From the human T2T-CHM13v2.0 reference genome, Homo sapiens: a stretch of DNA of 64,000 nt. Numbering within the stretch: the stretch's first letter is position 1; every line of letters starts with the position of its first letter. This document shows positions 29,018 through 42,120 of the stretch, piece by piece. A model generated the notes under the pieces. The model saw only the letters and a list, made by a program, of their open reading frames with translations, was not told the DNA's origin and made no database searches. Where the stretch lies: the NCBI RefSeq assembly GCF_009914755.1, contig NC_060929.1; one strand, given 5' to 3'. A program made the translations under genes and the position numbers.

Positions 29018-30896
29018 CCATCCCCTCCTTTTATCCCTGTTGCCTTAATTCAGGCCATCAAATTCAGCACCATCTTTCTCCTTGTTTCTAGCTTCCCCCA
29101 CTCCACCAACTTCCAGCCTCTAACCCATTGCATGAGCTGCTGTCAGAGTCATTTTCTAAAATTCAAACCTGATCAAGTGATCTTTTCTGCTGAAAAAGCT
29201 TCGATGCTCCCCAAATTTCCTAATTTGCTGTGGCAAGACATCTACACCAGCTCCTGCTCTACCTGCATTCTCACACTGAACTCTCTGACAGAGCCACACT
29301 TACTCTCCAACCATATGGAGCTATTTGTAGATCCCCAAACTCACTGAGGACCCTTATACTACTGCAAAACCCTTCTGCGTGGAACTCTCTCTGCTCTCCT
29401 TTTTCTGTCTATCTTCTCTTTGTCCTGCAAGAACTCAACTAGGTAATTTCCTCTCCCAGGAAGCTTTCATAGTATCTCTTTGTCCTTTGCCTACTTTTTC
29501 TTCATATTTGGCTTAACCATTAGTTTTCTTTGATTTTGGCTACCTTCCAATTCTGATTGCTTTGATGATATTATGTTATATAGAACTTTAAAGCTGAAGG
29601 GAATCTCAGCAATCATGGACCGGACTCTCTTAACCCCTACTCCACCTCTAAAGAGAGCATCTTACAGCCTGTATCCTTAGCACCTCAGTGCCTGGTGTGC
29701 AGTAGTTTTTCATTATGTTGTTTAATTGAATAAATGTCCAAAAGTTTATAGCCAAGTTCAGAGGTTATGGTTTTGGAAACCATACATGATTGTCAACTTG
29801 ATTTGAGTTGCCTAATCAGAAGGAGGCAGGTTGAGAACTTTCCCTTGGGCCCTTGTGGAAACATAATCCTCGCTCCCAGGGATACAGAAATCTCGTTTTA
29901 AAATGAGATTTCTCATTTTTAAAAGATCTTCAGTTTCCTATTACTGATTTCTCCAATGAAGACATTATTCATGTATGACTCACGAGTTTTCGGGATCCAT
30001 CTAATTTTTTTCTAATTTTAAACCTTCTTCCTAAAATGAGAAAAAAAATCCACAGGATTTATGGTGACAAGGAAGTTACTCCAAAAATCCAAACCAAAGA
30101 AGATCTTGTTTTCTCTCTTATTTTCTCAAGAGTATTTAATTCCTTCTTATAATGTTACTAAAGACAGAGTTTTATATGGACTAAGAAAACCACAGCACGT
30201 CTTCAAAGTAAATGTAGATGTGTTCATATTTTATAAACTAGCCATCCACATCCCTAATAAATAAAACAATTACAAGCTTTTAGATTCCATATCTAGCTCT
30301 TTAATCCAAGAGCTTTCTTGACAAAGGCAAGGTGTTGAAATAGTAAAGTGATCTTTTTGTTTCTCAGAATGAAAAACAGATTAAGTGTTAAAAAATAGAA
30401 GAGAGACGGTAGTAACAAGGACACTTCATTTCCTTCCTTCTTCTGCCTTCTATAGAAAAGAAAAAAGGCAAGATCATCTCTATTGTGACCACCAGCATTT
30501 ATCAGGTTTGCCTGCTGTCACTGTAATGATGTATAGTGTTCTAAAAGGGAGAATCCCAGGAAACTGCTTAGATCACTCTCTCTAGTAGAATCAAGTAAGG
30601 AGTGATAACTTTTCCTATAGCAAGTTCCAACTACACTTTGAATCTAAAATGTAGAAAAATATTTAATTCTTATGAGAATGGAAGAAAAGGCCAAGAATTA
30701 TTACAGTGGCTTTTTAAAAATTATAATAACTTATACTGGGTAATTCAAAAATATAACACTCATTCATTGTAAAAAAATTTAGAAAATATTGTTTAACAGC
30801 AATAGAAAAAAAAATCTCCTATAATCACATCATCCAGAGATAAATATTGTTACCGTTTTAGCGGTTTCTCTCTCGCTCTCTTCCTCCCTTCACTTT

Positions 30897-30923
30897 GTGT
30901 GTGTGTGTGTGTGTTTGTGTTTG
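30897..30923. repeat. (TG)n microsatellite
   Basis: Direct reading. Confidence 0.9.
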
Positions 30924-30984
30924 TATGCTATGTATGTATAAACTGGACTCAAATATATATATTAAGAAAATGAGCTCACATTCT

Positions 30985-31320
<336 letters not shown>

Positions 31321-31381
31321 TCATATTTGATATATTGTTTTATAACCTAAGTTTTAATCCCTTTTAAAATAATTTTAATAA

Positions 31382-31776
<395 letters not shown>

Positions 31777-32458
31777 TGATAGATTTGTTTGACATTAGTG
31801 GCTGGCCAAGCTACTTTGGGTGGGAATTGGAAGAAGACTGAGCAACCAGGTGGTACAAAAATCTGGCAATTTCTACCCAAAACTGGGCATCTACCAGTTA
31901 CACTGCATTTTCCAGTGGGTGTGAAAAAGTAGGGGGACACAACCCTGGTGGGGCACCCCTACCAGAGTTTCTGTCTGGGACTTGGCCTGCTCTGGTCTGA
32001 GCAGATTATGTGACTCTGTTGTCAGCATTCTTACAGAAAAAGAGAATTTCCTCCTTCCTTATAAATACAAATTGCCCTATTAAAAAATAAATTCAATAGA
32101 CCAAAACATGGACTCATAAAAAATAAAGTGGAATATGACAATTCACATTTTAAAAGGATTCTTTGTCCAAATCACTCCCTTCTGAAAAATCTTCCAAACA
32201 CCCATTGCTCTTGATACAGAACTCCTTAACATAGCATTAGGGTCTTTAAAATCAGAATTATCTCCAACTACTCCCAACCCTCAGTACTCAGTACCTCATA
32301 TTCAAATTACACCCAACTACTAGCTTTTTCTTTGGAAATGCTATGAAAGTTTACATTTTGCTTCGTAATATTGTCTGTCTTTGATGCCATGCTCTTCCTT
32401 TCACTTGCCCCAGTTGGAAAAATCCCACTCATCTCTTAAATCCAGCTTTGTGTATGTG

Positions 32459-33116
32459 TGTGTGATAAGGAATTTATCCTTGCCCTCTGGGACCCTGGTG
32501 TGTCATGCCTGGTAGGAGTAGTATCCTTGTTTGCCTGGGGCCTTTGGTTATGCAGAATAGTCTGACATTGTGAATTTAGTGTATAGGCTGGCCACACCAA
32601 CTAATATTTAGAGTGGGGGCTGACCAAAAGACCAGCACTATAAGGTAGGGTGGAGGCTTTGAGACACATGGTATCAGTTGACTTAGAAACTGAGATCAAC
32701 GATATGGGCAATCAATTAATTATGCCTATGCGACGGAGCCCCAGTGAAAACTCCGTTGAGGCTCCCTAGGTGGCAATACTTCACGCCACACGTTGATGTT
32801 GTTACACATCAGTGCTGAGAAAGTGAGGCTGTCCATGACTGAGCAGGGAGAGGACAATGGAATCTCTGTGTTCAGTACTTCCCCAGGCTCTGCTCTATGT
32901 ACTTGGCTATTTTTTCCCTGCCTGATTTCAATCTGTGTCCTTTCCCTGTAATAAACTGTAACTGTGAGTGTAGCAGCTTTCAATGAGTTCTGTGACCTTC
33001 TACAGAACTATCAAACCTAAAAGTTTGAGGACCCCCTGAACTTTCAATTTGAGTTAGAAGTGAGGGCAGCCTTGTGTAGACTGTGCTCCCTCTAACTTCG
33101 TGGTTTAACTCTCACA
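32459..33116 (+). mobile_element. ERVL solo LTR (MER21C/MER77-like)
   Basis: TG...CA ends; gtttgcctgggg, gggagaggacaa, ctgtaataaactgtaactgtgagt, agaagtgaggg motifs. Confidence 0.75.
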
Positions 33117-33219
33117 GTGTGGCCTCCCCTAAAGAGACTCTTCTGACTTCTCCAGGCCCTTCCTCTGTGCCCCATGCCTTTTCATACCATATAATAACAC
33201 TTATTTCAGGATTTATGCT

Positions 33220-33666
33220 TATATTTGTTTCCTATCATCATACTTGGTGGCTTAAAGCAGCACACATTTATTATATTATAGTGTCAGAATCGGTTTTACT
33301 GGGCTAAAACCAAGCTGTGAGCAGGGCTGTGCTCCTTCTAGAAGCTATAGAGAAGAATCTGCCCTTTGCCTTTTCTGGTTTCTAGAGGTTGCCTGCATAT
33401 TTTGGCTTGTGGTCCCTTCTTCCATGATTCAAAGCCAGCAGCACAGTACACTCAAATCTCTCTCCTATTCTGACACTCCTGCTGCCCTCTTATAAGGACC
33501 CCTGCTATTACACTGGGACCATCCAGATAATCTAGGATAATCTTCTCGAGATTCTTAGCTGAACCACATCTGCAAAGTCCCTTTTGCCACGTAAGGCAAC
33601 ATATTGAGAGTTTGGGAGGATTAACACAAGGACTTCTTTGGAACAGTCATTATTCTGTTTACCACA
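33220..33666 (-). mobile_element. MLT1C-like MaLR solo LTR
   Basis: ggtggcttaaagcagcac...cacatctgcaaagtccctttt...attattctgtttaccaca. Confidence 0.85.
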
Positions 33667-33900
33667 ATGCTTGATTTTTTAATCCAAAATTCACTTCACA
33701 GTTTATTTAGATATCATAAACCCTCTATTTGCATTAAAGTAACTAACAAGAATTATAATTATTTACTTGGGAATTATTGTTGAGATTCCTTAATCTATTC
33801 ACAATGGCAGCTATAGGGTCATGTAAAGATCAGCTGAGACAATTAATATAAATCACTAAGAACAGTACCTGACACATAGAAACTGCACAAATAATGTTGG

Positions 33901-33952
33901 TTTATTATTATTATTATTATCATCATGACTATTATTGTTATTATTACTATTA
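33901..33952. repeat. (TTA)n degenerate repeat at a MIR tail
   Basis: Direct reading; preceded by agaacagtacctgacacatag (MIR 3' end). Confidence 0.8.
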
Positions 33953-36309
33953 TATATCTCTTATACATAATGATGGGGCAAAGTATGGTAAAAGTCAAAA
34001 TGTCTTCCTGAAAGAGAAAAAAAGTCAAATGTTTACTACAGATTTTAGAAAGTGTGCAAGAAGCAATAGGATCTATGGGAAAGGAAGAATGGCAATAAGT
34101 TGGAGGCATTTTATTCATTTAATAATCTTACCTTGGAGTATTTATCCATATCCATTGTATATGGATTGTTCAGAGCAGTTTGTAATCAGCGTTGAAGCAA
34201 AGCAGAAGGCAGAAAGATTAACACTGCCTTTTTCTAGTCCACTAGTGAGTCTGAAGCTGGTGGAGAGAGGAGCCTGCCCTCTGTGTGAAGAGGGACAGAT
34301 ATAATTCCCACAGAGCTTCTTCAGAAGCTCGCCCACGCCCTCCAGGTTCCTACCTACCTCACTGCCTATTCAAAGTCTGGGGACAAAGTGAATAAGGATA
34401 ATGATGTGAAAGTAAATACAACATGTTGGTAATTACTCCTAGGTTCTGTCCTTTCATAAAATCTAAGAAAATTGCACTTTAAATGTCTATATTCATAATG
34501 CAGCTGTGATATATTCATTCTGGTATTACTTTTTTGTCTGTCTGGAATTTTAAAAAAGGTGCATTTCATTGGAGAACAGTACATTTTTTATTTTAAGTGG
34601 AATAGAAAAAAATTGATTTTTTTCTAAGCCCTAATTGCAAACATGTCAAATAACATGTCACATTTAAAGGCTGTCATGGGAGCCAAACAGTGTAATTGTA
34701 TATGGACAGTGCTATCTAATTTAGCTGGGTTAGTATGATTTACTAGGATGTTTTGCTATTGGTTGCATTATTTAGATCTTTGATAATCTTCTTCTTTTCA
34801 ATGGTAATCTAAATCTGGAAATACTCACTTTTTTTGGCCTCAAGAGGTCATTTTTGTCAATCAAATTATCCGGATGCACCAGAAACTGAGCCTGAAAAAA
34901 AAGGTGCAGAAAGAAGAGTCCCAGCAGGCTAGGAGTTTACAAAGCAGAACACTGGTGTACAAGCACAAGATAAATGTGCTGGTTAGGGCTTTCTGGGGTT
35001 TGTTTGCATGTGTTCTATGGAACTCTGTAATTGTGGAAAATTCATGACCAAATTTATTTTTTTCTCTCAAAGTCCTTTGATTTCCTAATATTTCTTAATA
35101 AAATATTAATTCAGGTCAAAGCATTAGTTTGCCAAACTTGGATTGGGTTGCAGCATATTCAATACAATTTGTTTTCAATAAGAATTGAAAGCAAGCTATT
35201 TCTAAGTCACATCCATGTGGTACATTAGATACATTTTTAAATCTTTGAACTTGATCCGTGTAAATGTGTCACTGTGTTTATGGGCTTACAGCCCTGTTAT
35301 GAGAACCTCTAGGCTTATAAAATGAAAGTATGCTTTGCCACAGTTGAGGTGCTCATAAATGCATTAGTACCGATGGCTGTGGTTTGGAACTCTTCATCAG
35401 GCATCCACATCCCCTTTCATCAGTTCCAAGCTTCATGCTACATGCAAGCATAGATGTGAACATCAATATCAACTGTCTGAGGAAAAAGCAGCAGCCTAGT
35501 CAAAGGCAGCTGGTGCTTCATGAAAAAGTCTGGGAAAACACCCCATAAATAACTGCATTATGATACATACTGTAGCTACCAAGACACTTTCTTTCTTCTA
35601 AATTTGTAGTGAACTTTCAATCTGGAAGTTGTCATGTTGACAACAAAAGTCTTCCCATGAGCGATTCATAACCTGGAAACTAGCTTCTAAGGTAGCTGGG
35701 TTTGTTAACATCTGCAACAACTTGAAAAGGTGTTTTTTATCTGAAAGAAAGGAAAAATGGTCTATGAAAGGAAATCCTTTAAATAATGAGGTGGGTGGCT
35801 CTGGACATCATACAGCTATGGAACTCTTTGCTGAAGCACTCTATGGAAAATACAAAGATTCTAGTTCTATACCACTAGTAAGTCTATCAATAGGCTCAAT
35901 ATTATCACTTAGTGATAAGCAGATCTTGAAAAGGAAGAAAAGTAGAATTTTTGAAACTACAATTAATTGAAAAAGTGGATTAAAGCACTGAGTGAAAAAC
36001 ACTTATGAATATATTCCTTATTGTTTAACCTATGACATAGACATGTGCATTTGTCCATTTCTTCATTTAACGCTATTTATTAACACTGTGTATGTACTAA
36101 TTGCAATTCTTTGTTGACTTTATTTACACACCAGACCCAGAATGCATCATCTGTCATTTCTATCTCCAGTTTCTTTAAAACACAGTGAGAAATTTGAGAG
36201 CTTATGATGTAATCTTAGTCCAAGATCCATCTAGATTTGTATGAAATATTTTTCCATTTTTTATAGTTTCTCTTGCCTGTACTATATTTGAGGGCAATTT
36301 TTTTAAACA

Positions 36310-36615
36310 ACATGTTGTACCAAGACTGCAAAACCCTCACTGCTCTTTCATTCAGGCCATTTCTCAGGGTTGTTTATGCAGCAACTTTGAGAGAGGAGAT
36401 AATGTCTCCTCCCAGACAAAGGGTAGGCTTGCTTACTGCTTGCTATAAAAGAGAAAGATTCCCTAAATTCAATGTTCCTTATCTGCAATACAAACTAAAT
36501 GCATTTGTAGCATCCATGGTGCCCATAACATTGCCCTGGTGAGACTCAGAAGTGAAAGAAACTGATGCAAATATGCTGATGCTCCTGTTGCTTGCAGTGC
36601 TGTGAATAATAGTCG
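36310..36615 (+). mobile_element. ERVL LTR fragment (MER76-like) with TATA box
   Basis: caggccatttctcagggttg...ggcttgcttactgcttgctataaaa...atgctgatgctc. Confidence 0.6.
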
Positions 36616-37454
36616 AAGCAGGTTTATGCTGGTTAAGATGATTATGTACAATCAGTTTAGACAGCACATACTATGCAAATAAAGGGCAATACTTATCTCA
36701 CTTTAATAAGAGTGAGTGAGTTGAAGCTGATTACATCATATAAATAATGACCATCATGAAAAGGGGTAATAACCATATAGTTGGTCCCAAAATAAAAATT
36801 CATGAATATAAAAGAAAATTAGATATGCTCTTCTATTCTTAGATTTGTTCCCTAATAATAGTTGATTCTTAGTATTTTCCAGAACAATTAGGCAACCTTC
36901 AATAGGATTTTTAGGAGTGTTAACAATCCTGCCATGCCATAGTCATTTGCTTGGTCAAGTCTAGATTTGATTCCTATTAGATGTCACAACACACATATGA
37001 AAGTAAAGACTTTTAAGAGAGTATAGGCAAGAGTCGCCATATAACATTCCTTCCACATAAAATCGTCTGTTTTCCATTGGATATAATCAAATTAAACTGT
37101 GAGGAAAATGAAAAGGCATAGTTTCTTCTATCCAACTACTTACTACATTTTATGAGCATAATACTTGTCTCCTATTAAAAGTATTAATTTCTGGATGCCA
37201 TCAACACTGTATGCTATCAAATTATACATGTTTGATTTGATTTTTATAAAATCAAAATTATTTTATGTATTAATTACAAATATTGTAGGTATGTGTTGTA
37301 GAAAATGAGGACTACCCAGAACAATACAAGGAAGGAAATTATCAATGATCTTCACTATTATAGAATAGTCACTACAATTTTATTGGGTATTTAGGTTGTT
37401 CTCAATTTTTTTGCTATTATCTTCTTAAATGTTGTATGTTAAGATAGCACTGTA

Positions 37455-37758
37455 GGCCAGGTGCAGCGGCTCACACCTGTAATCCCACTTTGGGAGGCCA
37501 AGACAGGAGGTTTACTTGAGGCCAGGAGTTCACGAGCAACCTAGGCAACATAACAAGAATCTGTCTCTACAAAGAATAAAAAAATAATACTAGCTAGATG
37601 TGTTGGTGCACACTTGTAGTCCCAGCTACTCAGAAGGCTCAGGTTGGAGGATAGCTTGAGCCTGGGAGGTCAAGGCTGCAGTGAGCCGTTATCACACCAC
37701 TGCACTCCAGCCCAAACAATGGAGCAAGACCCTGTCTCAAAAAAAAATAAAAATAAAA
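37455..37758 (+). mobile_element. AluJ
   Basis: J-type ggaggatagcttgagcctgggaggtcaaggctgc; TSD atagcact. Confidence 0.93.
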
Positions 37759-37769
37759 ATAGCACTATG

Positions 37770-38159
37770 ACAGATAAACCTTTTAAATCTCAACAGGTTA
37801 ACACAGTAGAATTTTATAACTTTATTTATTGCTCATGTACTATCCCAACCAGTGTTTCTGATCATCAGGTGACTGTCTTCCAAATGATGATCCAGGGATG
37901 CAAGATCCTTTCATATCATGGTTCCGCCATCTTTAACATATGGCTTCCAGGGTCACCATGGAAAGGGAAAGAGTATAAACACTCCTCAGTAAGACTGGAA
38001 GTGGCACACATCACACATCACTTCTGCTCACATTCCATTGGATAGAGCTTAATCAGATGGCCACCTCTAACCACAAGGAAGGCTATGACATATATGTTAG
38101 CTGTGTGTCCTGGAAGATGAGGAAACAGGCTTGCTGGTTAGCTAACCATTTCTGCTACA
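37770..38159 (-). mobile_element. MLT1I/J-like MaLR LTR
   Basis: ctggaagtggcacacatcac...cacattccattgg...gctgtgtgtcctggaag...tctgctaca. Confidence 0.75.
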
Positions 38160-38454
38160 TATTGGTTGTACATAATCCTTGTGGGTAAATCTTCTCAAAG
38201 TCTTAATTATATCTTTAGAGAAATTTCCAGAAATGAAGAATAATTTTATTATTTTACAAATATTTTGAACATATATCAGATTTCTAACTTCTCATCACAG
38301 CCTTAAGATATAGATTGAATATGTTCGGATTCTTATCAGGAGTCCTGGTTTACTTGAAGCTGTAGGAAAAAATCATGAATTGGCAGACTTTATGCCCTGT
38401 GATCATTTTCTTGATAATAAAACATTGATGAGAAGCTAGACTTTTTTAGGTAAA

Positions 38455-38457
38455 TGT

Positions 38458-38493
<36 letters not shown>
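38455..38493. repeat. (TG)n microsatellite
   Basis: Direct reading. Confidence 0.95.
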
Positions 38494-38495
<2 letters not shown>

Positions 38496-41357
38496 CAGAG
38501 TATAGTTAAATATCATATGTAAATGCATTCCAGTTATTTTTAGAGGTATATTCACATTTCTACAAAATTTTACATGTAAGAGAATCATTTCCTTAAATAT
38601 AAATTTCTTCTGAAAAATTATTTTAAAAATTGAATATGCCTATAACTTAAAAATTCAAATATGATACTTTTGAATTTGTAGTTTCTTATTCGTACATACC
38701 AAAAGTCATCCTGAAATTATGTTTTATTCTGTATGTATTCTCTACAAAAAATAACCAGCAAAAAAAGGCAAATTCTAACAAGGGTGAATATAATTCCCTG
38801 GAATCTAAAATATAAGTTGCTGTTAACAGTGCTTAATATATGTTTGCATGTTTCCTCTACCATGAAACCTGCTCCCCTGTGCCTTCTCAATTGTTCACAA
38901 ATTTGATAATTGCATTTACTTCTTTTTGACAATTTTCTCTAGCTTTTCTTTTAATGATTATATGTTCACTTAAATTATTTATAAAATGGATATTTTCACA
39001 CAAACAGTTTACTGGATTATTTTCTTCCTCAGTACTAAATACGGCATTAACTTCTTTTCTGTATTTCCTCTTTAAAGTGACGGTTAACACTTAACAATAA
39101 TCCTGTCTTGAAAGAGAAACTACGGTTCAGAGACTTGAACCAAATGAAATATCGATTCAGGTTGGAGAATATTTTGATGTTTTAGTTTTGTTACAGTTCA
39201 GTTGTTTTAGAAAATATGTAGGTTTGGATTTAGTTCAGAGTGGTTCACTGGGTTTTTTGTTTTTAATGGATTTGATTTATAGTTCTGTAAAAAGTTTAAT
39301 ATTGGGTTTAGGTCAGAGAGGACACATTCAGCAAAATAGTTGTTTGTTTCCAATTTTGGTTCATGGATCATTACAAGGCCTTGGTGTTGTAGTTCTTTCC
39401 AGAGCCACAGCATGAAGTTTGCACCTCACTATGGAGTCTTCCTTTAAGAATACAATAGATGTTATTCACTCCCAGAATTGTGAGCACTCACAGTAGACCT
39501 CATGCTATTATACACATCCTACGTGACATAGAAAGATAGAAAAAAGTTGCATGTTGGGGAAATAGTTGAGTCTTAAGCTATGACAGAATTTATTCTTTAT
39601 TTTCCTACATATGGATAGGAAATTTCCTATAATCTCACATTTCAAATCTTTACAGCCTAAATTTTCAATTGATTTCTTCTTTTTTGTCTATTTAACCATG
39701 CCTTTTAGTGAGCTTTGCTTTCAGAACTTTGCAAACTTTTAGGAGACTCAACGAAAAGCTAGTGCCCTAATCAGTTCCATCTTTTTGCTCTTATTTTAAT
39801 GTCTAAATGTGGCAAAGGATTATCAAGTTATTAAGTAGAGAGGTAGTTGTAGTAATATTCTTCCAGCCTAGGAATGTTTTATACAAAGCTACACTTTAAA
39901 ATATTCGTGGGGTTGTCATTGAGTATAATAATATTTAAGGTGAAGAAAGAGGGCAAAATCCTCTCACTAAAAAAACTCTTTAAAGGCTGGATAAATAGTA
40001 AGGAGTGTGTTTAATACAACTAATTTATAGATAAATGTGGTGCCAAGCTAGAATACATTAACAAGGTAAGGCTTCAGGGTCTCTAGGTAAGATAATATAT
40101 TGCTTTCATTAAAAAGCAATCTGCATGGACGATATCCACCACCACTGGAAACTCTGCAGTTGTCACCTTTATCAGGGGAACAAGAGCAAGCCACTACATT
40201 TTAATCACTGGAGTTTGTCAGGAACGAAAAACAGCCAGCTTCCCACAAATCAACAGACATGTATCCTGATAAGGGAAGTGCATTGGAAAAGGACAGCTAC
40301 ATACCACATGACACCACCTATTCCAGGGTGATCAAAGCTCCATAATTGTTGAAGATAAATCTACTGAATTGGGCTTTAGGATGAAATAGTTGTCTTTGAA
40401 CAAAGTAGACACATACTTGTACAAATTACCCACAACTTAGAACACTGTTAGATCTAAGTATATTTTGCAATGTGGGAAGGAATGAGTGATAGAATGGCAA
40501 AGCGTGGGGCATCGTCACACTATACTTGTTCCAATAACTCATTTCTGGCTATATGATCCTTTAATCAAATTAAGAAGATATCGTGAAAAAACTGGAATAA
40601 GAGTCAGTCAGAACAAGACATCTGAGTGGAAACAAGACACTTGCATAAATGAGACAGAAATGGGGAATTATTTTTTGACATGCTCATACCTCTTATACCT
40701 GCACTTAGGGAAACAGTGAGACTAGCCCCAGCCCAACAACGCCATCCCAGACCTGTTCCAGTTCCTCTGAACATAGGTCCTCACAATAGAGCTCTTTGTT
40801 CAAGGTGGCTTGAGAGGGTCTTTGTACTTTCAATATAAGAACCTAACTTTAAAAAGAAAATGTTACAAACAAGCAACAACAAAGCAAAATCTGGATATAT
40901 CTAAACACTACCATATTTTTAAGGACTGTTGCATCACAATGAAAAAGCTGACTATAAGATAGAAATGCAGAGTTGGCCAAACAGAGGTTAAAATGTATGA
41001 ATAAGAGTGCCTCGAAACCAACGACAGCTTAAAGATCAGCTTACAGCTGAAGTGAAGATCAACTTACAGCTTACAGCTAAAGACGATGAAACGTGTGAGG
41101 ATAAAACAGGGTGGGGAAAAGAGGATCAGTTACTCACAGGGGGAGAAAACAAGAAACTGAAGTCTAGCTTTGGAAGCCATCCAGAGTCACAACCTAGGGG
41201 ATTGTGATCTATTTTAAAAACTCACATAGGTCTATAGTCTCTGGCTTAAATTATACTTGTTGAATGCTAGCTACCCAAATATCATTAGAATAACCTGTTA
41301 AGAAGACAAACCTGAGTTTATTGCTTATCAAAAGAGAACATCAACTTCACAGACTTT

Positions 41358-41634
41358 ATTGTTATTATTTTTTAGAGATAGGGTCTTGCTCTGTCACCCA
41401 GGCTTGAGGGCACTGGTGTGATCATAGCTCACTGCAGCCTCGAACTCTCAGGCTCAAGCAACCCTTTTGTCTCAGCCTCCCAAGTGTCTGGGACTACAGA
41501 CACTGCCACCATGCTGGTCTAATTTATTTTTATTTTTGGTAGAGACAGGGTCTTGCTATGTTTCCCAGGCTGGTCTTGAACTGCTGGCCTCAAGTGATCC
41601 TTCCATCTCAACCTCCAGAGTAGTTGGGATGGCT
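41358..41634 (-). mobile_element. AluJ, slightly 5'-truncated
   Basis: gatcatagctcactgcagcctcgaactc; TSD acagacttt at 41349-41357 and 41635-41643. Confidence 0.92.
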
Positions 41635-41644
41635 ACAGACTTTT

Positions 41645-42120
41645 TTAAAAAAATTTATAAATAGAGGGGAGATTCATGTAACATAAAGCAAACCATTTTA
41701 AAGTATACAATTTAGTAGCATTTAGTACATTCGTAATTTTGTACAACCATCACCACTAATCTAGTTCCAAAGATTTTCATCATCCCCAAAGGAAATCCCA
41801 TAAATATTAAGCAGTCACTCCCTATTTTCCTACCACCACCACCCAAACCACTGGCAACCACTAATCCGCTTTCTGTGTCTATAGCTTTACCTACTCTGGA
41901 TATTTCATATACATGGAATTATACAATGTGTGACATGTTATATCTGGATTCTTTCACTTAGCATAATGTTTTTGAGGTTCATCCATTTTATAGCCTTTCT
42001 TATGGCTGAATAGTGTTTCCTTATATGGATAACCACATTTTGTTTATTCATTCTTCCATTGATGGGCATTTGGGTTTTTAGGTTTTTCTGTTTGTTTTCA
42101 GCATTTGGCTATTGAGAATA
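41645..42120 (-). mobile_element. L1MB 3' end fragment
   Basis: ccattttaaagtatacaat...ggcaaccactaatc...ggatatttcatat...tcacttagcataatg. Confidence 0.85.

Larger units (their letters stand above)
27590..29735 (+). mobile_element. Fragmented L2, split by two MaLR LTRs
   Basis: L2-like segments at ~27590-27760, 28400-28660, 29020-29480 and a 3' tail at ~29660-29735. Confidence 0.55.

Noticed and set aside
31796-31994. Possible MITE with ggccaag/cttggcc ends
   Set aside because: Only 7 bp of exact inverted match and no TSD
33843-34304. Poly-Tyr and poly-Ile ORFs
   Set aside because: Translation of a (TTA)n repeat
41025-41080. Spaced repeats aagatca(g/a)cttacagct, and ctctagat repeats at 48632-48668
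   Set aside because: Only 2-3 degenerate copies with no regular repeat-spacer array; not CRISPR-like
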